Shown piece after piece: positions 10,307-20,899 of a DNA stretch of 64,000 bases. The first letter of the stretch is position 1, and each line of letters opens with the position of its first letter. This stretch comes from a virus: IMG/VR virus record IMGVR_UViG_3300021399_000006, positions 78,128 through 142,127 of that record, one strand, 5' to 3'. The notes beneath the pieces were generated by a model that was given only the letters and a program-made list of their open reading frames with translations, did not search any database and had not been told where the DNA came from. A program made the position numbers and the translations under genes.

Positions 10307-12103
10307 TTAAAATACAAAATTGCCTCGGTCTATAACCTAATAGTCCTATATAAAAATTTGAGGAGTTACATTTCCCATCCATTCGTTTTGATGTGCTCTC
10401 CCTATTATATTTAATTCATAATAACCAGAAGTATTCTGTAACATATAACATTCTTCATCAGTTGCTTTAAATTTAATCAATGATATACCTTGCGGAGTAG
10501 TTATTTTTAAAGTGTTATTTTTCTTAACATAAACCGTTACCATATCTGAAGTTACTTTTAAATGTTCAATACATATGAATGGTTCATCTATATCTTTTCC
10601 CCATAAATCCTACATATTAGCAATAGTAAGTATATCATTTGGATTTATATTATTTCCTTGATAAATATAATCTACATAATACATTGCCTAATTAGGCATA
10701 TCTTTTAATAATTCATCTGTTTTTTCTATAAAGGCGGGAATGTTTTTTTGTAATATACCTAAACCAAATGCACCAGGGTGACCTACCTAATACATTGTCA
10801 AACCTGTTTCCGCGCATATACTTTTAAAATCATTTATTCCTACTTTATCACATCCTCTTGCGGAACCTTGATATGATATAGTAGTATATTCATTTACTTC
10901 TTTATAAGGTGGGCAGGGTTCCTTTTCTATAACCTTTGTTAATAAACACGTAGGTCGTTGATATTTAGCCATAATTTTATTTGCAATTAAACCTGCAATA
11001 TTCTTATCAACTTGTCCAGGTTCAAGTAAGAATAATAATACTTTATGGTCTAAAAGATGTTGTTCCTATATCATTCTTTCTATTGTTTGTAACCCTGCCT
11101 CTTGTGCTTTTGTCTGCCTGTTTTTTACATTAGTAACAATTCGCATAACTTGCTAAACAAGCTGTTCTTGCTAACCTAAGAAGTGTCCTCTTTTGGTAGA
11201 AGGTAACATTTTAAACGCTTTATGTTTTAACATAGATTCAAATGTTAATGTTTTTTCTTCTTTTGTTCCACTCCTACAAATAGCATTAATATATGGGGCT
11301 ACATAAAAAGCTACACTCATATGATTAATTTTATTATTCATAGAAAAAGCATTTTTCTCGGATAAATTTACAAAGAATGGATTTTTAAGATTATGAAATC
11401 CTTTATTAATAAGATGTTTTGTTTCAATAGATAGCATAGACATCATATCAGCGCAGTTGCCCAATGCCATTAAATCAGTATAATTATTAGCATTGTTAAT
11501 TTTTAATAAAGAGTCAAGATAACGGCAAAATTGCCAAACAACACCAGCCCCGCTAAAATCTTTATTAGGATAATTTGATAGTTGATTATTTATAACAATA
11601 GCATCAGGATTCTATACGTCACAAATATGATGATCTAAAATAATTGTACTAATACCATTTTGTTTTAAACGAGTGCATTCTTCTATATCATTACTTCCTG
11701 CATCTGGAATAATAACAAGAGAGTATATTTTAGCATTAATTATCCAATCTATATGGTCATTTAATCCATGTTGTTTTCCATCATGTACACGATAATCTAA
11801 ATTAGTTTCTACCCAGGCGGGAAACAGGTCATGTAGGTAATTAATCAAGATTGCAGAACTAGTAAAACCATCAGCATCACTATCAACAATAACTAAACAT
11901 CTATTATTATTTGAGATAGTTTTACTTAAAAGTGCAGCCGCCGCACTTAATTTTTCTTTATCTAATTCCATAAAAGAATTTATATCGTTGTCTGTTGTAT
12001 TAAGATAATGATATACGTTATTATAAGGGACTCCTCTATTAGTTAGAATTTGTTCTATTGTTGAATAACTCTAATTAATAGGATTTATTAATTGATATTT
12101 CAT
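10307..12103 (-). CDS. recJ: RecJ-like DHH-family ssDNA exonuclease, about 599 codons with about 11 in-frame TAG
   Basis: ORF-track pieces 10346..10543, 10787..10972, 11171..11470 and 11612..11971 are all in one frame, joined only by TAG. Motifs are DSDADGFTSSAIL, DHHICDV and a DHHA1-like C-terminus. Ends at TAA 10307-10309. Confidence 0.65.
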
Positions 12104-12186
12104 ATTTTTTGTTACCTTTCTTTTATTATTTTCTCTTCTTTATATGATAACAAAAAAAATTTGAGTTGTCAAATTTACATGACAAC

Positions 12187-13341
12187 TCAAACTGTAATTC
12201 TATTATTGAATAATTCTAAAAAGACATCAGGCCCATTGTCGATAGGGGACATTTTAAAATCTAATAAATGTTCTTTGTCCCATAGAAAACTTATTTGCAC
12301 TTTTGTACAATATTTTTTATTAATACCAATTAATTTCTTAGTCCATTTTTTCCAAGTATCATCCCCTATTTCTTCATATTGTCTATCAAAACCAATTATA
12401 ATTTCTTGCACTCCAAGAGATAAAAGTAAATCAATTTGATAATTAATCAAATTACTTCCACATGCGGCAACTGTAATATCATTCTCGATACCGAAGTAAC
12501 TTTCATATAGGAGCGGACTTTTTTCGCCTTCGAAAATAATAGCTTTTTTTATATTACGTATATTATTTTTACTAACGTTAATATTATATAAGTTAAAACC
12601 TAAAGGATGATTATACATTTTTCCGTGAATAATGGCAGGAATATATTTACCTCTCGTTTCATTTTCTTTAAGTAACGTTCGCTCTCTAATACCAATTAAC
12701 TCTCCATTAATATTATAATGAGGAATAAGTATACCTTGAGTTATAGGGTTATAACGTATATTATGATATTGAATTACCTCTTGTGATATACCTTCTTTAA
12801 TCCATGGGAGTATAATAGGCTGTGGAAAATTTTTTAAAAAATCGCATTGAAAAGTATTGAGAGAGACAATTTGATTACTTGATTTTTTATGTTTTTTTGC
12901 TTCTAATTTTGAGAAAATTTGCCAATCTGGTAATTCTGAATGTTTCTCTGAAAATATTTCATTTGGCGGCTCAATATTAAAAAAGACTGCAACATAATGA
13001 ACAGCATCAGGTAAATCCCATGGGCGAGATACTTTTCTACCTTCTTTAGACAAATAAACTATTTGTTCTTGTGCTGTTGCTTTTATTTTTAAAACAAGTT
13101 CAAATATATCAAAACTATCTTCAGGGCATTGAGTAAAACATTTAAATAATTTTGTATTATCATAATAATATAATTTAAAAGAACCGTGACCAGGCGGATT
13201 ATGACAAATTGTACGTGATATAATTACATCGTGATGAATTTGTGGTTCCCCGCCCATATCAGTAAGGAACTCATATATTTGGTCAATCGTCAAATTATTC
13301 TTTATATCTTCGAGATATTTTTTACGTTCTATATCATTCAT
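12187..13341 (-). CDS. dnaG: DnaG-like DNA primase (Zn finger + TOPRIM)
   Basis: Zn finger CHNPPGHGSFKL...CFTQC; TOPRIM IIFEGEKSPLL...DITVAACGSN. Confidence 0.65.
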   Translation of the reverse strand: MNDIERKKYLEDIKNNLTIDQIYEFLTDMGGEPQIHHDVIISRTICHNPPGHGSFKLYYYDNTKLFKCFTQCPEDSFDIFELVLKIKATAQEQIVYLSKEGRKVSRPWDLPDAVHYVAVFFNIEPPNEIFSEKHSELPDWQIFSKLEAKKHKKSSNQIVSLNTFQCDFLKNFPQPIILPWIKEGISQEVIQYHNIRYNPITQGILIPHYNINGELIGIRERTLLKENETRGKYIPAIIHGKMYNHPLGFNLYNINVSKNNIRNIKKAIIFEGEKSPLLYESYFGIENDITVAACGSNLINYQIDLLLSLGVQEIIIGFDRQYEEIGDDTWKKWTKKLIGINKKYCTKVQISFLWDKEHLLDFKMSPIDNGPDVFLELFNNRITV

Positions 13342-13936
13342 CTTTTTATATAATTTTTATGTAAAATTTTTCGAGTTAAATGATAAGCGTCTATTAAATA
13401 GTTATTTGTTTGAGTTTCACTATTTTTATCTACTATACTTCCTCTACAATGAGGGGTTAATAATTTAGATAATCCTAGCAAAATTATTTCTTGATTTTCT
13501 AAAATTCTATATTCAATATCCGTTATATCTTTCTTTTCTTTTACGTCGTTCATTTTCTTTTGCCTTTATTTCTTTTAATTTTTTACAGCCTTTACCGCTA
13601 CAATTGTTTCTATTTTTGCAATTCCAACAATTGTCAGAGTCCCACCAATACCAATGAGGAGGAGAAGGTTTAGGTTTACGAAATTTTTTCTTCATCTTCT
13701 AATAAAGGTATTATCAATAATATACTTGTTTTTATCTTCTGGAATCTCTATAAGTCTTTTCCATTTTGATAATGGACAATAAGGAAGTTTTCCTTTAGTA
13801 GGATTAAATTTATAACCTCCAGATATTTTTGTCGCACAACAGGTAAGATAATCTCCTTCTTCATATAAGAGAGGGCATTCCCCACAATTTTCAGGAAAAG
13901 GAATATCAATATGTGTTACAACTTCTTCTCTCTTCA

Positions 13937-15475
13937 TTAAAACGCACCTTTCTCTGGTATAACATTAACTTTAAAATCTTCCATTTCAATCAATTCATAA
14001 ACATATGATGTAGCAAAAATAGGATTAATTCTACATGTACCTAAATCCGCTTTACACCATAATAGAATATGATTATATTTACCTCGTCTATTTTTATATA
14101 TAGACATTTTAAGATTAGGAATTTCCATACCCTTTTCAGAACAAAGTTTATTTATAACTTCTTTATCTGCTTCCGTTAAATTAAGTAAGATACTGCCTGC
14201 ATCAATTTTATCAGCAATGGATTTTGCACCACGAAGAAGGTTTTGGTCAAAAATTGTAACGCTAGTATAATCACCATTTAATTGTGTACTTGACATAATG
14301 AAAATATTATTTTCAACAGCAAGGTCTTTAAGTCTAACGCTAATCATAAAAAGAACATTATCTTCTCTTAAACCTTTTACGGATGCGCGAGATGCTACTT
14401 CATGAAGAATTTTCATGCTACTATGAATATAATCTAAAAAGAAATAACTAACGTTATAGCTTCTAATAGAAGTTTTAACTACATTCTCAATATCCTTTAA
14501 AGAGAAATCATGGAGTTCTTTTAAGTATAAAGGACTCTTTTCAATTAAATCAATAGCATGAAGAACCCTTTCTTCTTCGTCTCCAACATATTTATATGTC
14601 AGAATGTGCTCTTCATTTACGCCAGATAGGAAAGCCCACATCATAGTTTGAACTTCATCAAATTCTTGTTCCGTCATAACATACATAGTAGGTTGTGCGG
14701 GACCTGTACTTACCCATTGCTTCTTTTCTAAATCATAAATTTCATCACAACCAATATAACAAGCATCTGCGGCCATTGCTCTGGATTTACCTACATTAGT
14801 TGCTGCTGAACGTAGATAAAATTTACCAAGGCGAGCACCACGAAATACGGTATTGATAAGTCTCCCATATAAAGGATAACCAATATCAGGATTATTTTTT
14901 AATTGTTCAAATAACTGGCGGCCACCTTTACCGGCTTGAATTATACCGTCTGCCGCTCCGCCAGAATAAGATATTTTAATATTATCAATTTTCTCGTCAA
15001 TTAAATCAATGATTTCTTGTTCGGTGTGATTATCTAACCAATCTTCCTGTGCTTGTTTTTTCTTTTGGTCAAAAATATTATTTAAATCATATAACCAAGA
15101 TAAGTCCATACCTATTTCTTCGTTATATAATCTAAGTAGTGTCATCTTTTTTAGGCGGTGGTAATAATAATTAAATGCGGCAACCTGTGAGTTTTCACTT
15201 ATCTTTTCAAGATATTCTGACCCTCGATTGGCTTTATATACAGCTAATTTTTTTGGTCTTGATTCAAGATAATCTTCGATGTTAGCAGAAGATATTTTTC
15301 TAACACCTAATTGATGTAAATTATATATACTACCAAAGATAACTTTATGAAATTCTTCTATAAAGTCGTCAAGAGTAAAAGTATACTGTTCATCTTCTAA
15401 TATCTAAGGATTTTGATACACACTACCTATAATTTGAATTATTGCAGAGGTATCAGTATATCTAACTTTACTCAT
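13937..15475 (-). CDS. dnaB: DnaB-like replicative helicase (SF4), about 513 codons with 1 in-frame TAG
   Basis: The ORF-track 402-aa piece carries a Walker-A-like GKSRAMAADACYIG. It extends upstream through one TAG to ATG 15473-15475, adding a DnaB-N-like domain (MSKVRYTDTSAIIQIIGSVYQNP(Q)ILEDEQYTF...). Confidence 0.55.
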
Positions 15476-15716
15476 TTGTTACCTCAACTGTATAGAAAAA
15501 TTCACTATGTGAGCCTACATCAATCCAAGTCTTTTTGTTGTCGTTTTCATCTTTCCATGTTCTATGATAATACATAACAAACTTATGTGAGTTATTTTCA
15601 TTACACTTATTGATAAAATCTTGGATATGTTTCATAACAAATCCTTCTTGGCAAGTAGCAATAAGAGTATCATTTTCAAATCTGTCAGAAAAATATAAGT
15701 TTACCATATTATTCAT
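15468..15716 (-). CDS. Hypothetical protein (82 aa)
   Basis: ORF track; stop overlaps the dnaB start (ATGAGTAA). Confidence 0.3.
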   Translation of the reverse strand: MNNMVNLYFSDRFENDTLIATCQEGFVMKHIQDFINKCNENNSHKFVMYYHRTWKDENDNKKTWIDVGSHSEFFYTVEVTNE

Positions 15717-16209
15717 CTCCTAAATCTAAGAGGCGGGGAGCAGGTCTTTGAGGCTTTGGGGGTACAATATTGAATTCAATAACCTGCTGCCGCATTTGTT
15801 TGTTACTATTTTGATACTGTGTTGTATATAACTGTTGATAATATTTCCTTACATCTTCATATATATAAGGAATAATACCAATTCCGCCATGACCTTCTTC
15901 TAAATTGCCATGATTAATATTATAAAACCAATGTAAACATCCTGTCATACCGCTCCAGGTATAGCCATATTGTTTTATAAAATTTAAGGCTTGTTTATTA
16001 ATCATTACATAATTATAACCTGGTCCGTATATACTTTTTACACATTTAAAAAAATTCTCTTTATCAATTTCCTCTTGTTTAACACTATCGTCTTGAGACT
16101 CTGCACACTCTTTATGAGCATATCTTCGTGCTCCTACTTTAACAAAAGGTTCTTTATCTCGGTCAAAAGATTTTCCGCAATAAAGACATTTCACCATATG
16201 TACAGCCAT
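15709..16209 (-). CDS. Hypothetical protein with N-terminal zinc ribbon
   Basis: CLYCGKSF...HKEC. Confidence 0.3.
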   Translation of the reverse strand: MAVHMVKCLYCGKSFDRDKEPFVKVGARRYAHKECAESQDDSVKQEEIDKENFFKCVKSIYGPGYNYVMINKQALNFIKQYGYTWSGMTGCLHWFYNINHGNLEEGHGGIGIIPYIYEDVRKYYQQLYTTQYQNSNKQMRQQVIEFNIVPPKPQRPAPRLLDLGDE

Positions 16210-16256
16210 TTTATTTCCTCATTTTTATTTTTATTATATCATTTTTTTTATAAAAA

Positions 16257-16288
16257 AACAAGGTAGTGATTTATATCGCTACCTTGTT
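16257..16288 (-). terminator. Intrinsic terminator after the Sak4-like gene
   Basis: 13-bp stem aacaaggtagtga/tcgctaccttgtt with loop tttata, followed on the minus strand by a T-run. Confidence 0.5.
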
Positions 16289-16293
16289 ATTAA

Positions 16294-17280
16294 TTATTGT
16301 CTATCTTTAAATAATTCTTTTAAATCAAAAACAATTAAAGATAACTGTTCTGTTTGGTCTCTTGTAATATTAGCAATCTTTTTACCTTTACCTAAATATT
16401 TATCGGTAATTTCAGTAATATAAGGTGCGTAATGTACTTCTTCTTCTTTTGATAGAGAGGATAAAAGGTCTCGACATTGTGCGTAAAGATCATCAAAGTT
16501 AACTTCTGTAGAATAAATACTAACATTTCTCTCATTAGTAACAAATTCTTTTCCAGTATATTTAGCTTCTTCATCTATTGCTTTATTTAAACCATCAACA
16601 AGAGAATCATAAGAAAAATTAACTTCTGACTACATATATTTAAAACGAGATCCACAATCAATCGTGCCATCAAGAGAACGTAAAGTTAGAACTCTTTTAG
16701 GTTCGCCATCTCTAATTGTAAGATGTGCATAGCCATAAATATCAACCATATCCTTAATAATTAAATTATAACTATTACCAAGGGTAGGAACAATTTGATT
16801 ATATTCTGTTCCGTCTTGTCTTTTAAAAGTTTTATCTTTATCGTGAGAGATAAAAAGTACAGCATATCCCATTTGAGTTACTTCTCTGAAGGTATCTTCT
16901 AACTATCGTTTTACTCTTGACCATCCTTGACCATAAGGAATTTGATTAAGTGTATCAACTCCTGCTTGTGAAATAATATATTTCTAACATGCGGCAGCTG
17001 CTATGTCAATTGTATCTACAATAATAGAATGGAATAAATCTTTTACTTCTGGCTTTTTTAAATCTCGTAGAATTATTTTCATATCTGCCCAGGTTGTAAC
17101 GTCCTGTGCATATACATTTGGTAAGGCATTATAACCTTTCTAAAAAGCTAAAATAAGAGCACCTGGCATCTGACTTCCAAATGTCGTTTTACCAATTTTA
17201 CCAGGGCCGTATATATAAGTAATATAACCACTTAAATCTCTACTGACTTTATGTGGTTGAAGTTTTGTTAAATCAATCAT
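16294..17280 (-). CDS. Sak4-like RecA-family ATPase (ssDNA annealing/recombination), about 328 codons with 4 in-frame TAG
   Basis: Starts MIDLTKLQPHKVSRDLSGYITYIYGPGKIGKTTFGSQ. The ORF-track fragment 16630..16872 is in the same frame and joined by TAG. Ends at TAA 16294-16296. Confidence 0.55.
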
Positions 17281-17367
17281 GTTTTCTCCTTTACTATTTT
17301 CTTATTTCATACTCACAGTAAACACAAATAACATAGGGAAGGTATCTTCCCTATGTTATCATTTTTA

Positions 17368-18363
17368 TTACCAGTTAGGCATACCGCCAAAATTAAAAGT
17401 TCCTTGAGGGATATTACCCATTGTATTAGGGGTAGGCATTGCCTGGGGAGTAGGGGCTGCCGCACCAGCATTTCTCTGTGCGTAATATGCTTTTGCATTA
17501 GCCTTAACTTCTTCCAGATGAATATTTCTATCAGTAAGAGCCTTATTTAATTCATCTTTTGTGATTGTTTCTGCAATATCAAAAATATAAGGCTGAGGTT
17601 GTGCCCATGTAATAACCCATTCTCTTTCTTGACGAACAGAAGAATCAACAATTGTTCCACCAAAAGCATTTTCCATTACTTTATCAATCTTAACGGTAGT
17701 ATTAATAATTTCTCCCATAACCTTAGTATAAACAGGATTATTGGCAGAAGCATTAAGACCAATAAAATAATTTACAGAACCAGGTGCTTTAGAATCTTTT
17801 GCAATTAAAACAATAGGTAAGATTGCATTTTTAAAATCAAATACATATGCTTTAATTCTAACAAAATCTTCTTGGATATTATGTTCAGGATCCGCAGGAA
17901 CTACAGTAGTATCATAAATGATAGTGTCAAAAGTAAATTTATTTCTTGCGTTTTCAACAGGATTTAAATCAGAAATAAAAGTTACGAAACCACCTTCACT
18001 TCTTTGACGTGTTACAAGTTGGTCTCCACCTTGAGGATAAAAATCATTCAAAGCAAGAGAAGGTTCTACTCTCAACTTCTGTGCGGCATCCTTTCCTACA
18101 TTAAGCCATGTTTTTCCATTTTCAAGAATTTGTTTTAAATTAACAAATGTACTATTGACTGCATTTGCCTTTGTAAATTCTTTTACAAAGGTATAATGTA
18201 CAGGGATTACATTCAATCCTTCTTCATCTGTTGCAATAAAGATTTCTCCTGAAATAAAATCAAGACCATAAAAAGCTGAATTTTTATTAGTAACTTTTTT
18301 CATTTCAAGTTTGTGGTCATAAAGTCTTCCTTCAATTTTCTAAGCATTAATATTTTTTCTCAT
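17368..18363 (-). CDS. Hypothetical protein (about 331 aa, 1 in-frame TAG), Gly/Pro-rich C-terminus
   Basis: ORF track 17368..18303, extended through TAG to ATG 18361-18363, which has a strong GGAGAAAAAT SD. Confidence 0.4.
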
Positions 18364-18450
18364 ATTTTTCTCCTAATTATTTTTTCACATTTATGTTTTC
18401 TTTTTTACTTTATATTAATATTATATAATAAAATTTTATAAAAATCAAAT

Positions 18451-19311
18451 TTACTGATTAAACAAAATTAATTCTTCGGCATAAGGTAAAGTTTTCACCC
18501 AATTACAAAAGTCTTGACTCCATTCAGTAAGTTTATGATTTTTACGTTGTCCATACATATTTCGTAATGTTTCATAGTTTGCTGTCCAAGTTCTAGTTTG
18601 TAGCCATCCCTCAGGAAGCCAACGTATAAGTTCTTTCCAATATTTTTTATCTTTTGTTTCAAGATACCGTTTTCTAAGAGTTTCACATATATCAATAATA
18701 TAATCTATACAGTCATCGGTGGTATCATCAATAGTATATGGTTCACCATTAAAAATAACTATATCTGAATTATAATCTCCCATTTCAAAACAATCTTTAG
18801 TAATAGGAGTACTAGCTAACTTATGCATTGTTGATGTTGAATTAGCAACTGTTGATACTTTATAAGTATCTGCCTCCTTCCACCAATACAACGGTGCAGT
18901 TATGTCAACAGAAACAAAAATTTGACGAAGAAATTTTCTATCACTTGAGCCAGCTTTAATCATACGTTGCGCTAAATCTAAATCTTTTGGACCTAATAGA
19001 GCTAAATCAAAAATTGTCGTTCCATTATCATCTTCTGATAAAACACTATTTTTTATAAGCCAATCTATATAGCTATCTTCTAATCTACAGTATTCAAGGC
19101 TTCCTTCTTCGATTACTTTTTGATTATTTTTTTCTGCTTTAATATTATAATCAGTTATCCACTCATGCGCAACTAAAAGAGTTGCTTCATAACTATACTC
19201 TTCAGGATACATTCCAAAACCACTATCACTTTTTCCCCAACTTTCAAGAGGATTACGTAAACCGCGGAAAGCACCTTCGAAATTCATTACTTTAGTATTC
19301 TCAAATTTCAT
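18451..19311 (-). CDS. Hypothetical protein (286 aa)
   Basis: ORF track; start overlaps the stop of the GIY-YIG gene (TAATG). Confidence 0.35.
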   Translation of the reverse strand: MKFENTKVMNFEGAFRGLRNPLESWGKSDSGFGMYPEEYSYEATLLVAHEWITDYNIKAEKNNQKVIEEGSLEYCRLEDSYIDWLIKNSVLSEDDNGTTIFDLALLGPKDLDLAQRMIKAGSSDRKFLRQIFVSVDITAPLYWWKEADTYKVSTVANSTSTMHKLASTPITKDCFEMGDYNSDIVIFNGEPYTIDDTTDDCIDYIIDICETLRKRYLETKDKKYWKELIRWLPEGWLQTRTWTANYETLRNMYGQRKNHKLTEWSQDFCNWVKTLPYAEELILFNQ

Positions 19312-20267
19312 TATTTATTTCCTTTCGTTACGTTTAAACCTACTTTATTTGATTGATACATCTAAATCCAAAAACGTTCTTTTTCATTTAACTTATCACG
19401 AGTACATTTCTAAAGAATTTCAAAAGTGAAATTCCATACGCCATATTTCTGCATATTATTATAAAGTTTATTCGTTGCGGAAGCATCTATACCAAGACCA
19501 CATTTTACATGCTGTTTCCATCTATCTGCAACATTAACACTTTGTCCAATATATATGTCTTCAGTTTGTTTATTAGTAATTTTATAAATTCCACAAACAG
19601 AACCACTACCTAATACACGATTACATAAATCAGTAGTAGGTTTCATTACAAAAGCAGACCAAATAATTTTAGAAACAATAGAAGGGTCATTAAGCTCTTT
19701 TTTCCATTCTTGAAGATGTGTAATATCATTAATTTGTTTTTCAGATATTTTTATACGATAAAAAGATATTTTATCCTATTCTTCTTGCTATCTAAGACGT
19801 GCGGCGGTCGCAGCCTAATATACAGATTTAAGCTAGACCAAACTCGATTGAATCTAATTCCGCTATCTCTATATTTTACCTATCTATTGATATAATTGAG
19901 ATTTCATTTCTATCTACTCTTGACGGATAGACTAATGAAAATCCTAACGATGTTTTATTCGTTGCTCTTCATAGTTTTGTTCTATTTGCTATAGTTCATC
20001 TTGACGAGTTTTCTTTCTAGTATCTAATATCGTTTGTTCCTATTGTTGTAACTGTTTTAACTATAAAAGTTTATTTTGTTTATTAATAATCTACTGATTT
20101 AAATTAGATATTTTAATCTATCTATTTCTTATCTATATTTTTATATTCTATTTTTCTTTTTCTAATGTTATTTCTTGCTATTTTAATTGCCGCACCTTAT
20201 TAAATAAATAATAAGCAAATATAAGCACTATAAAAAAGAAAATTATTAAGACTGCTCGTCCTAGCAT
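19311..20267 (-). CDS. Membrane-anchored, Q-rich coiled-coil, GIY-YIG nuclease fusion protein, about 318 codons with about 21 in-frame TAG
   Basis: The frame stays open from ATG 20265-20267 to TAA 19311-19313 with no TAA or TGA. It reads MLGRAVLIIFFFIVLIFAYYLF (TM helix), then about 200 aa of heptad-like Q/E/K-rich sequence in which most Q are TAG (e.g. KQLQQQEQTILDTRKK), then a GIY-YIG domain (GIYKITNK...YIGQS...RWKQH...NEKERFWI). Confidence 0.55.
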
Positions 20268-20276
20268 TATATTAAA

Positions 20277-20306
20277 GAACGGGTTAAGTATAAAAACTTA
20301 ACCCGT
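20277..20306 (-). terminator. Perfect 11-bp inverted repeat (hairpin) between the 20318 gene and the GIY-YIG fusion gene
   Basis: aacgggttaag ... cttaacccgtt, followed on the minus strand by a U-rich stretch. Confidence 0.4.
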
Positions 20307-20317
20307 TATAAGAAAAA

Positions 20318-20629
20318 TTATTCGTCTGTTTCTGGGTCAAAGTTGCGGCCGGACTCAGTTAATTTAACAAACTTAACAGACTCATGCTTAATACTACCAT
20401 CTTTATTTTCAATTTGAAGTTCGCCTTCAACTCTTGTAGCAAGCGGGTCTTTTACTTTTTCATCTCCTACCGTCTTAGTATGTCTTGAAAAAGCACCTGT
20501 GATAATACCATTTACAGAACGAGGATCCATATCAAGGGCTGCCGCAATGTCCTTTGCAGTAATATCCTTATCTTCATTTTCCTTAATGTAGTTAAATACT
20601 AGCTTTGTGTTTTCCTTAAATTTTGCCAT
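20318..20629 (-). CDS. Hypothetical small protein (103 aa), possibly DNA-binding
   Basis: ORF track. Confidence 0.35.
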   Translation of the reverse strand: MAKFKENTKLVFNYIKENEDKDITAKDIAAALDMDPRSVNGIITGAFSRHTKTVGDEKVKDPLATRVEGELQIENKDGSIKHESVKFVKLTESGRNFDPETDE

Positions 20630-20700
20630 TTTGTTTTCTCCTTTTATTAAAAAAATTAAATTGTTTTATTTATAATTAATTATATATATTAATATAATTA

Positions 20701-20877
20701 TTATATTCCTTTTAAAGATTCTCGGATAATATCATTAATTTCTAAAATTTCTGCTGTTGTAAGCTATTTCGTGATTTTAGATATTTCTTGATATTTTTTT
20801 ACTTTAGACATATTTTTGTCTTTAGATATAGCATAAAACTGACTTGCTATACTTCTAAGTTCTTCTTTATTTTTCAT
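20701..20877 (-). CDS. Small hypothetical protein (58 aa, 1 in-frame TAG)
   Basis: MKNKEELRSIASQFYAISKDKNMSKVKKYQEISKITK(Q)LTTAEILEINDIIRESLKGI. Confidence 0.25.
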
Positions 20878-20899
20878 AATTTATTATACCAAAAATTTT

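Noticed and set aside
16392-16574. 60-aa minus-strand ORF-track entry
   Set aside because: It is an out-of-frame overlap of the Sak4-like gene (16294..17280), which reads through in another frame.
18451-19311. Possible ThyX (flavin-dependent thymidylate synthase)
   Set aside because: No RHRxxS signature motif was found, so it is left as hypothetical.
19710-19895. 61-aa plus-strand ORF in an apparently intergenic AT-rich region
   Set aside because: The region is better explained by the long TAG-containing minus-strand ORF 19311..20267.
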